64,000 nucleotides of DNA from positions 2,656,001-2,720,000 of the forward strand of contig CBDCJH010000002.1 in the NCBI GenBank assembly GCA_965217775.1, in the 5' to 3' direction. Positions 1 to 10,336 of this stretch are shown here, in pieces; position 1 is the first letter of the stretch; each line of letters opens with the position of its first letter. The stretch is from Acidobacteriota bacterium (GTDB taxonomy: Bacteria; Acidobacteriota; UBA6911; RPQK01; JAJDTT01). Below the pieces are notes generated by a model. That model was not told the DNA's origin. It was given only the letters and a program-made list of their open reading frames with translations, and searched no databases. Made by a program: the position numbers and the translations under genes.

Positions 1-400
1 GAGAGACGGCGCGCTCGAAGCTCAGGGGGGGGACCTGCTCCGAGTCCACGACTCGAACGGCGGCCCGGAGCCGGTGGCCCTGGATTTCGGCTTCGATTTC
101 GGTCTCGCCATCAGCCAAGGCTGTGACCTTGCCGGCCTTGTCGACACCTGCCAAGCTGGAATCACCGAGGCTGAAACGGGAGGCGGGAGTCAGATCCCGC
201 TCCAGACCATCGGCGAACCTGCCGACGACCAGAAACCGCTGCACTGCCCCCTTCTCCCGGAGCGTGGTCGATTCGGGAAAGATCCGAGCCGACAGCAACA
301 CCGGGTCGTGGCTGGGAATCGGGGGCATGGAGTGGCCACCGTACGCCACGTAAAGGCCGAGCCAGAGGTGAGCAATAGAGGTGAGAAACGATCTGATCAA
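1..400 (-). CDS. 5' part of a probable DUF1549/DUF1553 (PSD1)-type protein with an N-terminal Ig-like (Big_2) domain; runs off the window edge
   Basis: Manual translation from TTG at 400: MIRSFLTS...QRFLVVGRFADGLERDLT...VDKAGKVTALADGETEIEA...PLSFERAVS, open to position 1. It follows a PPC-domain gene, the usual context. Not listed in the ORF track. Confidence 0.6.
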   Translation of the reverse strand, partial: MIRSFLTSIAHLWLGLYVAYGGHSMPPIPSHDPVLLSARIFPESTTLREKGAVQRFLVVGRFADGLERDLTPASRFSLGDSSLAGVDKAGKVTALADGETEIEAEIQGHRLRAAVRVVDSEQVPPLSFERAVS

Positions 401-430
401 GGGACCCTTCTCCGTCAGGATCGCCAAAGT

Positions 431-2329
431 TCAAGTTTGTGGAGGCGCCACCACCATCAAGGGGACCTCGGCCACCGGGATCAGCGGTCCCATCTTCCCG
501 CCCACGATGGCCCGGGCCTTGACTCGCACCATGCGAGGAAGGTTCGTGGCGGGGGCTCCATCCTCGGCCATCAGCGAAATGGAGACCTTTTGGGTCTCGG
601 GACGGAACATGTGTTTCTCCGACTCGTCGAAGGCGGGGGGCTGTTCCGGCTCCGGAACCGCCGTCGCATAGGCGTGGACACCTTCGGGAAGCTCTTCGAC
701 CACAAGGGCAACTTCCCCTTCGAAATTTTCTTCGCGGTCTACGGTGACGGTCAGACGGGCGGCTTGGCCCTGCACCAGGTTGAGGCGATCCGGTTCCACC
801 TTCAAATGTCCGACGTGGGGGATCTGGGGCCGGATCAACACGCGGTAGGCGAAGTCGGACCCCGCGTGTGCCGTCGTCAACTCCCGAATCTGCAGAGTGT
901 ATTCCCCTCCCCGGTCGAAGGTGTAGATCATCTTCGATTCGAGTTCACGAAACAGCATGACGTTGTTGCCCGTGACTCGATTGTAGATGGCGCTGAAGAC
1001 CACCTCCTCTTCCCGGTCCAGAACCTGCACCCAGGGAACGAAGATGGGAACCGTATCCCGGGGGGTCTCGACTTCCACTGCCACGGACTGGCCGGCGCTG
1101 GCTGAAAACTTGACGCGGTCGGATTTGCCGGGACGATCAATGACTCCTTCGACAATCGCCGGAAGAGTCACCAGGGCCGGTTCGGGAACGTTTTCAATAG
1201 TTGCTCCGAGCCGATGTATGGAAACGGTCTCGAGAGAACCGGCTTCCGGAGCGGGACCGGCGGTGTCATCCACTCCAGAGGCGCCCGCGGATCCGGCCGA
1301 TCCGGTCACGCCCTCCTTTTCTTTTGCGCCCCCGGCCTGGAGAACGGTTCGCTTGGACAGTTCCTGGAGACGGGCCGGAGAAACCCGTACCTGGAACCTT
1401 CGTTCGAACCACGCGTACGGATCGGAATGCGCCAACGGCCAGGAACTCCTGTCGGCGGAGATCTCTTCCCCGTCCGCGTCGACGATTCGAAGTTGGTAGA
1501 CGAAATCAGGTCCTCCCCGGTCGTCGAAGCCCTTGACGGCGATCAGATACCGCCCCGAGTCGGCGAATCGACGCGTCAGGCTCGCCCTGTGGACGGTTCC
1601 GTGTTCGGCGAACAGGCCGGCTTCATGAACGACGGGGTCGTCATTGAACGCCAGCCGCCGGAGGCGGTGTGGGTCCACCCAGCTCGGTTCATGCCGATAC
1701 AGATAGAGCAGCAGCTTGGGGATCGGACCCGAACCCCGGGCCGGGAAGAAGACTTCGAAATAGAGTTCACGGCCTGAATCCACGTCGAAGCTGTAATAGT
1801 CGACCTCCCCACCCCACGACCGTCCGATCAGTCCGTTGACGGCAACGGGATATTCCAACGGCTGTCCCTGGGTCGGACGACCGGGTCCGGTCCGGCTCAC
1901 GTCCTCCCGGACCAGAGGCTCCAGTTCCGAACTCACTCGGAACGGAAGGGGGTCGGAGACGCCCCTCGGGGACACCAACCGGAGAGAATGGCCGCCGAGC
2001 TCGGCGTCGGCCGCGATCTCCACCTCCACGGTGACCCGATGGCTCAATGGGATGTTCCCAATCACATAGGGGCTGTTTCCGGCCTCATCGATCTCTTCGA
2101 TCTGCTTCACCCGGCCCCGAATCGCGTCGCAATCGGTCCAGACCCCATAGGTTCCCTGGAGTGTCTGTCCCTTGATCCGGACCTCCGCAACCGCTCCCCG
2201 CTGCCCTCCCACCGGATAGATGTAAAGGGCCCGGGGGTCACTCGGCAGAGACTTCTTTTCGGCTTTCAGCGGAGAGACCGGGAGGATGGCGGAAACCAGC
2301 AGAAACATCTGCGTCACCACCAATGACAT
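431..2329 (-). CDS. Secreted PPC-domain (pre-peptidase C-terminal) repeat protein of the type found with DUF1501/PSD1 clusters
   Basis: Signal-like N-terminus, IYPVGGQRG, and two VNGLI..EVDYYSF / VEGVIDRPGKSDRVKF repeats each followed by GGPDFVYQL / GSDFAYRV. Start uncertain (2329 or 2404). Confidence 0.7.
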   Translation of the reverse strand: MSLVVTQMFLLVSAILPVSPLKAEKKSLPSDPRALYIYPVGGQRGAVAEVRIKGQTLQGTYGVWTDCDAIRGRVKQIEEIDEAGNSPYVIGNIPLSHRVTVEVEIAADAELGGHSLRLVSPRGVSDPLPFRVSSELEPLVREDVSRTGPGRPTQGQPLEYPVAVNGLIGRSWGGEVDYYSFDVDSGRELYFEVFFPARGSGPIPKLLLYLYRHEPSWVDPHRLRRLAFNDDPVVHEAGLFAEHGTVHRASLTRRFADSGRYLIAVKGFDDRGGPDFVYQLRIVDADGEEISADRSSWPLAHSDPYAWFERRFQVRVSPARLQELSKRTVLQAGGAKEKEGVTGSAGSAGASGVDDTAGPAPEAGSLETVSIHRLGATIENVPEPALVTLPAIVEGVIDRPGKSDRVKFSASAGQSVAVEVETPRDTVPIFVPWVQVLDREEEVVFSAIYNRVTGNNVMLFRELESKMIYTFDRGGEYTLQIRELTTAHAGSDFAYRVLIRPQIPHVGHLKVEPDRLNLVQGQAARLTVTVDREENFEGEVALVVEELPEGVHAYATAVPEPEQPPAFDESEKHMFRPETQKVSISLMAEDGAPATNLPRMVRVKARAIVGGKMGPLIPVAEVPLMVVAPPQT

Positions 2330-2601
2330 GGACTTCAAAGCTTGGAATTTCGTCAACCGCAAGACAGAAGGTCCTTTGCAGATTCGCTGGACGCGCTGGT
2401 CCACTTAATCAATCTGATGCAATAACAAAGATGATAGCACAAGGCCGAGACGATTGGTTCCCCGTCGACCGGGATCCGGGCGGAAACGATCCCAGCTTTC
2501 GAGCCCGGCACGCTCGGTTTGCCCGGGCCCGAATCATGGCATACGATGAGCCCTCTCGGCAGCCCCAAATTCTTCACGGGGTGGCGAGGTGTGGAACGCC
2601 C

Positions 2602-3753
2602 ATGAACACCCGCGAACGGTTCGAAGCCGCCTACACTGGCCGATCCACCGACCGGGTTCCCGTCTGCGCCTGGCTCGGGATGCCGCTCCTGCGCCAGCTC
2701 ACGGGAAAGGGACCCCGAGCCATGCTCGAGGAGCTGGTCGAAAACCCCCTTGAAATGGTCCGAATCCAGGAAGAACTGGGCCTGGATCCGGTCCTGGTGA
2801 CCCCGGACGAACGCCGGTTTTCCATGCATCGTTTTCCCCGGCTGCTCTACAGTTGGCCGGAAGAGGCGCTGGAAACCTGGCGGGTCCGGGAGGAGGTCCA
2901 GGAGGACGGCCGCAACTTTCGCACCCACCGGTTCACGGCGACCACTCCGGAGGGACCCGTCACCTGGAGCTACAGAATGGGCGAGGGGCAGGTGGCAGAG
3001 GTGGAGCCGGCCGTCAAGAATGAGCGCGATCTGGACCTCTGCATTCGCTACCTTCCGGAACCGGAGAGCCTGAACCAGGACAAGCTGAAGGCCATGGTGG
3101 ATGCCGTCGGGGACCGGGCCTTCTTCATGCACTGCTTCATGGGCGTCTGGGGTGAGGCGTCCAACATGCGGGGACTCGTGACGCTGGCCTGCGACCTGAT
3201 CGACCAACCCAGGTTCGTGGAGAAGTTCTCCGAGTTCCTCAGAGATCGGGCCATCCGGAGAGTCCGTCATCTGGCCGCCACCGGAGTTCATTCCATCCTC
3301 TACGACCAGTCGTGGGTCGGGATCGGGTTTTCTCCCCAGCAGTTCCGGCAGTTCATGTTCCCCTACGACAAGGCCGTCGTGGAAGCGGCCAAGGAGGCGG
3401 GGTTCCTGGTCAGCTATCACAACTGCGGTTGCGGCCAGGGCTTCATCGAGGACATGGCCGACACCGGCGCCCATTCCCTGGAGACCTTGACTCCCAAGAC
3501 CTCGTCCGGCGACTTCGATCTGGCCGAGTCCAAGCGCCGGGTCGGGGATCGGATCACCCTGAACGGAGGCTTCAACGAACGAATCCTGTCGAACGGAACG
3601 CCCGAGGAGGCCCGCGATGAGGCGAAACGGTGCATCGACGCTGCCGGCGAGGGAGGCCGCTACGTTCTGCGGTCCACCGGACAGATCATGGATTCGGCAC
3701 CCGGCAACATCCAGGAGTTTGCAGAGGCCGGAAGGGAGCACGGCCGGTATTGA
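2602..3753 (+). CDS. Uroporphyrinogen decarboxylase / MtaA-CmuA methyltransferase family protein
   Basis: MNTRERF...DRVPV N-terminus, YHNCG, ITLNGGF, GTPEEARDEAKRCI, GGRYVLRS. Confidence 0.8.
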   Translation: MNTRERFEAAYTGRSTDRVPVCAWLGMPLLRQLTGKGPRAMLEELVENPLEMVRIQEELGLDPVLVTPDERRFSMHRFPRLLYSWPEEALETWRVREEVQEDGRNFRTHRFTATTPEGPVTWSYRMGEGQVAEVEPAVKNERDLDLCIRYLPEPESLNQDKLKAMVDAVGDRAFFMHCFMGVWGEASNMRGLVTLACDLIDQPRFVEKFSEFLRDRAIRRVRHLAATGVHSILYDQSWVGIGFSPQQFRQFMFPYDKAVVEAAKEAGFLVSYHNCGCGQGFIEDMADTGAHSLETLTPKTSSGDFDLAESKRRVGDRITLNGGFNERILSNGTPEEARDEAKRCIDAAGEGGRYVLRSTGQIMDSAPGNIQEFAEAGREHGRY

Positions 3754-3777
3754 GCCTTTCTCTCAGGAGCGGATCCA

Positions 3778-4665
3778 ATGACCCGAGAGTCCCCTGAATT
3801 CCAAATCGCAGCCGACCTCCGTTGCACGGTCGGCGAAGGGCCGGTCTGGCATCCCGATGAGGAACGGCTCTACTGGACCGATATCCTGTCGAGCCGAATC
3901 TACTGGTATGAGCCCGCGAGCGGAAGGAACCGGCTCTGCTACCAGGGTCGGATGGTGGGCGGGATGACGCTCCAGGCCGACGGTTCTCTGTTGCTCTTCA
4001 TGGACCGGGGAACGGTGGCGGTCTTGCGGGAGGGCAGGATTGGGCGCATGCTCCCGGACCACATCCCGGCCGAAGCCGACCGGCGCTTCAACGACGTCAT
4101 CGCGGATCCCGCAGGACGGGTGTTCGCCGGCGCCATGCCCTTCAAAGACCTGGACCGGAAGCGGGGACGTCTCTACCGGCTGGACCGCGACGGATCGTAC
4201 GAAGTGGTGCTGGAGGGGGTGGGAATACCCAATGGCATGGCCTTCACCTCCGACCGCCGTTCCTTCTACTTCATCGACTCCCTGGACAACGTGGTCTGGA
4301 AATTCGACTACGATCCCGGGACCGGCGCCATTGGCCGGCGGCGGGACTTTCTGCGATTCGATCCGGAAATTGACGGGCACGCCGACGGCATGACCCTGGA
4401 CCAAGAGGACAACCTCTGGATCGCCATGGCCATGGGCGGGAGGGTGCTCCAGTTCGGCCCCGACGGCAGCCGGAAGCGGAACCTCGAATTGCCGGCCAAG
4501 TTCACCGCCAGCGTGACGTTCGGAGGAGAAGATCTTTCGGATCTCTACGTCACGACCGGAAACCATCCGGAAGACGAGGACCTGGGACCGGCTGCCGGCG
4601 CCCTCATGGTCCTCAAGCCCGGTGCCGTCGGCGTGCCCGAGTTCCGGTCCCGCATCGCCATCTGA
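3778..4665 (+). CDS. SMP-30/gluconolactonase/LRE family protein
   Basis: GEGPVW, RFND, PNGMAF, ADGMTLD, LYVTT motifs. Confidence 0.92.
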   Translation: MTRESPEFQIAADLRCTVGEGPVWHPDEERLYWTDILSSRIYWYEPASGRNRLCYQGRMVGGMTLQADGSLLLFMDRGTVAVLREGRIGRMLPDHIPAEADRRFNDVIADPAGRVFAGAMPFKDLDRKRGRLYRLDRDGSYEVVLEGVGIPNGMAFTSDRRSFYFIDSLDNVVWKFDYDPGTGAIGRRRDFLRFDPEIDGHADGMTLDQEDNLWIAMAMGGRVLQFGPDGSRKRNLELPAKFTASVTFGGEDLSDLYVTTGNHPEDEDLGPAAGALMVLKPGAVGVPEFRSRIAI

Positions 4666-4685
4666 TCCTGGACGTCGCACCGGAG

Positions 4686-5525
4686 TCAGGGAGTTCCCAC
4701 GTATTCCGTCCCGAACCGGAAACGGCGGCGGCCGCGAAAATCGCCGGTGTTGGGCATGATCGCCAATTGGCCTCCGTCGATGACCAGCGTCTGCCCCACG
4801 ATGTAGCGCGATTCCTCGGAGGCCAGAAAGACGGCCAGACGGCCGATGTCCCTGGGCGTCCCGATAAATCCGGCGGGCAGCGTCTTTTCGGCCTCCTCCC
4901 AGTCGAAGTTCTCTCCCAGCACCTTTTCCTGATTCGGGACCCGGACCCAACCCGGTGCGATGGCATTGACGCGCACACCCTTCTGGATCAACTCCAACGA
5001 GACCTCGCGAGTGAACGCCACGATGGCTCCCTTGGTCGCGGCGTAGACCGAGTGCTCGACCAGGCCCGCATAGGCATGGACCGAGGTCAGATTGATGACC
5101 GCACCCGCCTCCTGTTCGGCCATTGCCGGAAGGACCGCCTGGGTCAGAAAGAACATGGCCTTGAAGTTGATGTCGAAGAGGGTGTCGAACTGGTGGGGCG
5201 TGGTCTCCTCGAAGGGGCTGTTCGCCGTCACCCCGGAGTTGTTGACCAGCACGTCAATTCCTCCCAGCAACTCCACTGATTGTGCCGCCAGGCCCTGGAC
5301 CGACTCCAACCGCCGAAAATCGGCGCCCAGCGCCCAGGCTCGCTCCCCTGAGCCGTGGATCTCCTCCACGGCAGACTTGCACCCGGCGCTGCTGTGACAG
5401 TAGTGGAGCACGACTGCGGCGCCCTCCGCGGCGAACTCCAGGGCAATACCCCGTCCGATCCCGGTTCCCGCTCCCGTGACCAGGACTCGCTTACCCTCCA
5501 TCTTCCCTCTCTTCTCATTGGTCAT
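4686..5525 (-). CDS. SDR family NAD(P)-dependent oxidoreductase
   Basis: TGAGTGIG, NNSG, YAATK, VNAIAPG, IDGG. Confidence 0.95.
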   Translation of the reverse strand: MTNEKRGKMEGKRVLVTGAGTGIGRGIALEFAAEGAAVVLHYCHSSAGCKSAVEEIHGSGERAWALGADFRRLESVQGLAAQSVELLGGIDVLVNNSGVTANSPFEETTPHQFDTLFDINFKAMFFLTQAVLPAMAEQEAGAVINLTSVHAYAGLVEHSVYAATKGAIVAFTREVSLELIQKGVRVNAIAPGWVRVPNQEKVLGENFDWEEAEKTLPAGFIGTPRDIGRLAVFLASEESRYIVGQTLVIDGGQLAIMPNTGDFRGRRRFRFGTEYVGTP

Positions 5526-5720
5526 GATGATCCTCCTGGTGAGGCATAATTTCTTTGGAGCTGAGCAGATAACCTAGACCACGGAACGAAGACCATGCAA
5601 CAAAGGGGACCGCAAGGCGGTCCCACGGACGGAAGGACTCCGGGAAATCTGGACAGGGGCATTCATTACACTCCGTTCGGTTACGTCGGCAAACGACCTG
5701 ATTCGAAAGGAAATACAGTG

Positions 5721-6566
5721 ATGAAAAGATCGGATCGGCCGATGCCACACACGCCCAGCCCCATCCACCGATGGTTGTCCGCAGTCTCGGTGACTGGACT
5801 CCTGATCCTCCTGGCTCAGATGGTCCCGTCGATTGCTCAGGACCGGGGCTTCTATGTCGGCGTCACGGCCCCCCTGGAATATCTCGACGTCACCTTCGAG
5901 AAGACCGTGGACAACACCGATCCGAACACTCTGGTTCCCGCGCCGCTGGCCGGGCAGATTTTTCAGGACCAGGATTCTTCCAAATCCCTGACTTATGGAA
6001 TCGGTTTCGTGGCCGGTTATCACCTGCCCTTTCCCGGAACCGGCTTCTTCGTGAGCGCCGAGTTCGACCTCGAGTTGCCCCGGGGCGTGGTGGACGGCCA
6101 ATTGTCCGGTATCGGATCGTCCCCTGGCCGCAATCAGCTTGGAGAGAGCTGGCCGGACCAATGGACATTCGAGAAAAAGAGGAGCTACGGGGTAAGTTTC
6201 AAGCTGGGCGGCAGCCCCGGCCCGCTGAGTTTCTGGGATCTACGCGTCTATGGGCTCGCAGGCATCCGCCTCGTTGAAGCGGAATTCACGACCCGCTTCA
6301 ACGGCTGTCTGAGTCCCATCCCGTGTTCAGCCGACGAGTTCACACCGGGAACGGAATCTCGAACCCAGGATTTCAAAGGCTGGGTGGCTGGTGCCGGGGT
6401 CGAAAAAATGCTCGGCGACCATATCGGGTATCGAGCGGAGGTGCGTCGTCCCAAGTCCGGCAATGAACGCTGGACAACGCCGTTCCAGGACGTGGCAGTG
6501 ACCGTCCCGGCCAGCGTGACCGCCAGCGGCACCAATGTGTCGATCGGCCTGACTACATACTTTTGA
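5721..6566 (+). CDS. Outer-membrane beta-barrel protein (OmpA-like/porin type)
   Basis: Signal peptide then GFYVGV, amphipathic strands, GWVAGAGVE, and C-terminal YF. Start uncertain. Confidence 0.7.
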   Translation: MKRSDRPMPHTPSPIHRWLSAVSVTGLLILLAQMVPSIAQDRGFYVGVTAPLEYLDVTFEKTVDNTDPNTLVPAPLAGQIFQDQDSSKSLTYGIGFVAGYHLPFPGTGFFVSAEFDLELPRGVVDGQLSGIGSSPGRNQLGESWPDQWTFEKKRSYGVSFKLGGSPGPLSFWDLRVYGLAGIRLVEAEFTTRFNGCLSPIPCSADEFTPGTESRTQDFKGWVAGAGVEKMLGDHIGYRAEVRRPKSGNERWTTPFQDVAVTVPASVTASGTNVSIGLTTYF

Positions 6567-6618
6567 GTTGTTGGTTCCTCAACCCCGAATTCTTGTGCAA
6601 ATTGACGAAGAATATTGG

Positions 6619-6740
6619 GTAGGGGCGCCCCTTGTGGGCGCCCTCTTCGGTCCAAAACGGAGCAAGACCGGGCCCGACGAAGAGTCGGCGACTGGAAAGT
6701 CACCCTTGCCAGAGGGGCGACAAGGATGTCGCCCCTCCAC
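6619..6740. repeat. REP/REPIN cluster
   Basis: GTAGGGGCGCCCCTTGTGGGCGCCCT (6619), GGCGACTGGAAAGTCACCC, and the inverted GAGGGGCGACAAGGATGTCGCCCCTCCAC ending at 6740. Confidence 0.8.
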
Positions 6741-6763
6741 GGCCCCGTCTTGGCGCAAGTGAG

Positions 6764-7129
6764 ATGTTGTTCCGATCCCTTCTTGTCGTCGCCGGGAGCG
6801 TTTCTGTGGCGCTGGGGATCGCCGGCATCTTCCTGCCCCTGCTGCCCACCACCCCCTTCCTGCTGCTGGCCGCCGCCTGTTACGTCCGCAGTTCCCCGCG
6901 CCTCTACCGTTGGCTGATGAACCACCGCTGGACCGGGGAGTACATTCGCGACTATCGCGAGAAACGGGGCCTGCCCCTCCGGACCAAGATCCTGACGGTG
7001 CTGATCCTCTGGGCCACCGTCGGCTGGTCGGCCTACCGGGTCTCGAATCCGTGGCTGCTCGCACTCTTGATCGCGGTGGCGGTCGTGATTCCCATCGTCA
7101 TTTGGAGGCTCCCCACTCGCCGGCCGTGA
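6764..7129 (+). CDS. YbaN/DUF454 family inner-membrane protein
   Basis: GIFLPLLPTTPFLLLAAACYVRSSPRLYRWL signature. Confidence 0.92.
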   Translation: MLFRSLLVVAGSVSVALGIAGIFLPLLPTTPFLLLAAACYVRSSPRLYRWLMNHRWTGEYIRDYREKRGLPLRTKILTVLILWATVGWSAYRVSNPWLLALLIAVAVVIPIVIWRLPTRRP

Positions 7130-7210
7130 ATAGCCTCCGGGACAGCCTTTTGCCGCAAGGCAGATAGCCGCATCTCTGCTATCCTTCATGCTCATGACCG
7201 AGAGGACTCC

Positions 7211-8920
7211 ATGACCCTCGTAGACTGGCTGATCGTCCTGGTCGTCAACCTGGGCATCGTCCTGTACGGCCTCATCACCTTCAAAGGCATCCGGAAGAGC
7301 TTCGACTGGTATCTGGCCGCCAAGTCCCTGCCCTGGTGGGCGGTGGGCCTCTCCGCCTTCTCCACCGCCGTGGACAGCGGCGACTACGTGGCCATCGCCG
7401 GCGGGGCCTACCGCTTCGGCCTCTCCCAGCTCACCCAGTGGTGGCTGGGCATCACCGTCGGCTGGTTCGTACTCAGTTGCTTCGTCATCATTCCCATGTA
7501 CCGCTCCGGCGTCTACACCAACGCCGAGTGGCTCGAGTTCCGGTTCGGGCCCCTCACCCGGGTGCTGGCCGTCTTCATCAACATCCAGTCCCGCACCAAC
7601 GTGGTGGGGAACATCTTCTTCTCCCTCTACCTGGTCCTGAACATCATCGGCGAGCTCAGCGCCACTTGGAGCTGGACGGTAGTGGTCCTGGTCGCTGCTA
7701 CGGCCGTAGTCTATGTCGTCACCGGCGGACTGGAGTCGGACGTCATCACCAACGCCCTCCAGGCCGTCGCCATGATCGTCTCCTCGCTGGTGCTGTGGGG
7801 AGTGGTCTGGTTCAGCACCGGCGGCATGAGCGGGCTGACGGATAAGTTGGCCCAGGTGGACGAATCCCTGCCCGCCGAACTCCTCCACGTGGGCGGCTAC
7901 ACTCCCGAGGGCGCCACGCCGATCCTGATGGTCTTCGGGCTGGTGGTGGTGCTGGTCACCTACGCCGTCATCAACCAGTACGAGGCCATCCGGTTCCTGG
8001 GAGCCCGGTCGGAATGGGACTTCAAGATGGGCGCGGTGCTGGCCAGCGTGATCACGGCCGTCTGCCTCTGGTTCAACGTCAGCCTGGGCCCCCTGGCGCG
8101 CGCCCATTTCCCGGGTCTGGAGATCATCGACTCCGCCTATCCCATGCTGGTCCGGGAATATCTGCCGGCCGGCCTCGTCGGCCTGGTTCTGGCCGGCCTG
8201 GTGGCGGCCGGGTACTCGACCTTCGCCTCCATCGGCATGGGGATCTCCAGTCTCTTCGTCCGGGACGTCTACGCCCGCTTCCTGGTGCGCAACGCCACGG
8301 ACGACCACTACACGCTGGTCGGAAAGATCGCGGTCCCCGTCATCATCGCCCTGGGTTTCGTCTACGTCCCCTTTCTCCAATCGGGAATGGTGGCCTTTTA
8401 CCTGAGACTGGCCGGCGCCATCGCCGTCCCTCTCATGACGGTCATCCTCATGGGAGTCTTCACCCGGGTTCACCGGGCCACCGGGTCCATGGGGCTGGTG
8501 GCCGGGCTGCTCTACGGACTCTCGGCGCTGGTCGGCGAATACTACGAGTGGCCCCTTCCCTACTGGTACACCAACCTCTGGTGGGCCTATCTGTGGAATC
8601 TGTTACTGCCGGCGGCGGTGATGGTCGCCGCGTCGTGGATCATCACCCTGTTCCGGGGACCGGCCACGGACGAGGAGCTGGAAGGGCTCCTCTACAGCCG
8701 GAAGGAATCGGATCGGGATCTCAGGTCTCTCATGGGAAGCCGCCTCAAGGTCCTGGAGGGTACCTGGATTCAGAAAACCCTGCTTCAGGCTCCCCTCAAG
8801 CCCCGTTATCCCTTCCCGGTTCCTGAAGGCGGCTCTCCACCCTGGAGACTGAGGCCCGAGCTCTGGATCGGCCTCTACCTGGTGGTGGCCTGCTGGCTGC
8901 TGTTCGTCGTCTTCTGGTAG
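7211..8920 (+). CDS. Sodium:solute symporter (SSS) family protein
   Basis: LPWWAVGLS, EWLEFRFG, GGLESDVITNALQ, many TM segments. Confidence 0.9.
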   Translation: MTLVDWLIVLVVNLGIVLYGLITFKGIRKSFDWYLAAKSLPWWAVGLSAFSTAVDSGDYVAIAGGAYRFGLSQLTQWWLGITVGWFVLSCFVIIPMYRSGVYTNAEWLEFRFGPLTRVLAVFINIQSRTNVVGNIFFSLYLVLNIIGELSATWSWTVVVLVAATAVVYVVTGGLESDVITNALQAVAMIVSSLVLWGVVWFSTGGMSGLTDKLAQVDESLPAELLHVGGYTPEGATPILMVFGLVVVLVTYAVINQYEAIRFLGARSEWDFKMGAVLASVITAVCLWFNVSLGPLARAHFPGLEIIDSAYPMLVREYLPAGLVGLVLAGLVAAGYSTFASIGMGISSLFVRDVYARFLVRNATDDHYTLVGKIAVPVIIALGFVYVPFLQSGMVAFYLRLAGAIAVPLMTVILMGVFTRVHRATGSMGLVAGLLYGLSALVGEYYEWPLPYWYTNLWWAYLWNLLLPAAVMVAASWIITLFRGPATDEELEGLLYSRKESDRDLRSLMGSRLKVLEGTWIQKTLLQAPLKPRYPFPVPEGGSPPWRLRPELWIGLYLVVACWLLFVVFW

Positions 8921-8977
8921 GCGCCGGCTGGACAACAATCTCTGTATCGGACAGAAAAACAGAGATGCAACTCGCCG

Positions 8978-10318
8978 TCAGCTGAACAGTTCTTCCACCG
9001 GCCGGCCGAAATCCGTGATGGGGACCGGGCGGCCGCCGGGAGTCATGAGAGGCTCGTCGGGATCGATCCCCAACGCCCGATGGATCGTGGCATGCAGGTC
9101 GGGGATGGAGACGGGACGCTCCACGATCTCCCGGCCCAGTTCGTCGGTGGCCCCGATGGCCTGTCCGCCCCGGACCCCGCCTCCGAACAGCACGGTTGAG
9201 TAGGCGACGGACTGGTGTCCTCTCCCGCCCTGCCCGTCGAATTCCGGCGGGCGGCCGAATTCCGTCGCCACCACCACCAACGTCCGGTCCAGCAGGCCTC
9301 GCCGTTCCAGATCTTCCACCAGCGCCGACAAGCCTCGGTCGAGTTGCCGGATCAACAGGTGGACCCGCTTCTGGGCGAACGCGTGCGCGTCCCACCCGTA
9401 GCCGTTGATGAAGTGCAGGTTGAAGGAGCACTCGACAAACCGAATCCCGTTCTCCACTAGCCGGCGGGACAACAACAGCCTCTGCCCGAACTCCTTTCCG
9501 TAGGACTCGCGCAGTTCGGCGGGTTCGTCCTTCACCGAGAAGGCGCTCTGGAACTTCGGGCTCATCATTTCGAAGCCCCGGTCCATGACGGAAGCGTAGG
9601 CCTGAACCGTGGGGGTGCCGGCGTGCTTGTCCAGATAGGGCTCGGAGAAGCTCTTCAGCGTCCGGGTCCACTCCTCATACTGCTGAGCCGAAACGCCGTC
9701 GGGCAGCCGAAGTGCGGACGGACCGGCTTCGGTATCCGTGAGGTAGACGAAATTGTACTTGCCCCCCAGAAATCCCGGTCCCCGCGGCTGCATGGGGTTG
9801 CCCACCACCACGTAGGCCGGCGCCTTGGGATCGAATCCGCCCAACTGGTGGGAGACGATGGAGCCGATGGAGGGGTAGACGATGGTCCCGCTGGCCACCC
9901 GGCCCGTGTGTACGAAGTCGACGGCCTGGGTGTGTTCCGCGAACTGGTGGTTCAGCGAGCGGACGATGGCGAAGCGGTCCATGCGCTCCGCGACCCGGGG
10001 CAGGTGCTTGCAAACCTGGATACCCGGCACGCTGGTCTCGATGGGGTTGTAGTAGCTTCCCGCGATCTCCTGGCCGTTCCCCTTGAGTTTGGGGTCGAAG
10101 GTGTCGACATGACACATGCCTCCCGCCAGCCAGACGAAGATGCAGGTGTCGGCGGTCGCTCTCGGCCGTGTCTTGGAGTCGGCTTCGGTCCTCCCCGTGG
10201 CGGCCACCGGTGCCGAGAGGAGATTTCCTGCAACGGCGGAGGCCCCCAGGCCAGCACCGAGTCTCGCAGTGGTTCCGAGAAACTCTCGTCGATACATCCG
10301 GGACCTGGAGTGTTTCAT
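8978..10318 (-). CDS. DUF1501 domain protein, Tat-exported
   Basis: RREFLG, FVWLAGGMCHVDTFDPK, GWDAH, TEFGRPP, GRGH. Confidence 0.92.
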   Translation of the reverse strand: MKHSRSRMYRREFLGTTARLGAGLGASAVAGNLLSAPVAATGRTEADSKTRPRATADTCIFVWLAGGMCHVDTFDPKLKGNGQEIAGSYYNPIETSVPGIQVCKHLPRVAERMDRFAIVRSLNHQFAEHTQAVDFVHTGRVASGTIVYPSIGSIVSHQLGGFDPKAPAYVVVGNPMQPRGPGFLGGKYNFVYLTDTEAGPSALRLPDGVSAQQYEEWTRTLKSFSEPYLDKHAGTPTVQAYASVMDRGFEMMSPKFQSAFSVKDEPAELRESYGKEFGQRLLLSRRLVENGIRFVECSFNLHFINGYGWDAHAFAQKRVHLLIRQLDRGLSALVEDLERRGLLDRTLVVVATEFGRPPEFDGQGGRGHQSVAYSTVLFGGGVRGGQAIGATDELGREIVERPVSIPDLHATIHRALGIDPDEPLMTPGGRPVPITDFGRPVEELFS

Positions 10319-10336
10319 GACGTCTCTCCTAGTCTC

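Noticed and set aside
6248-8473. Long antisense ORFs (for example 6248-8473, 34656-36671, 46106-48556, 53064-55235, 60302-61960)
   Set aside because: They are shadows of well-supported genes on the opposite strand, expected in high-GC DNA, and carry no recognisable motifs.
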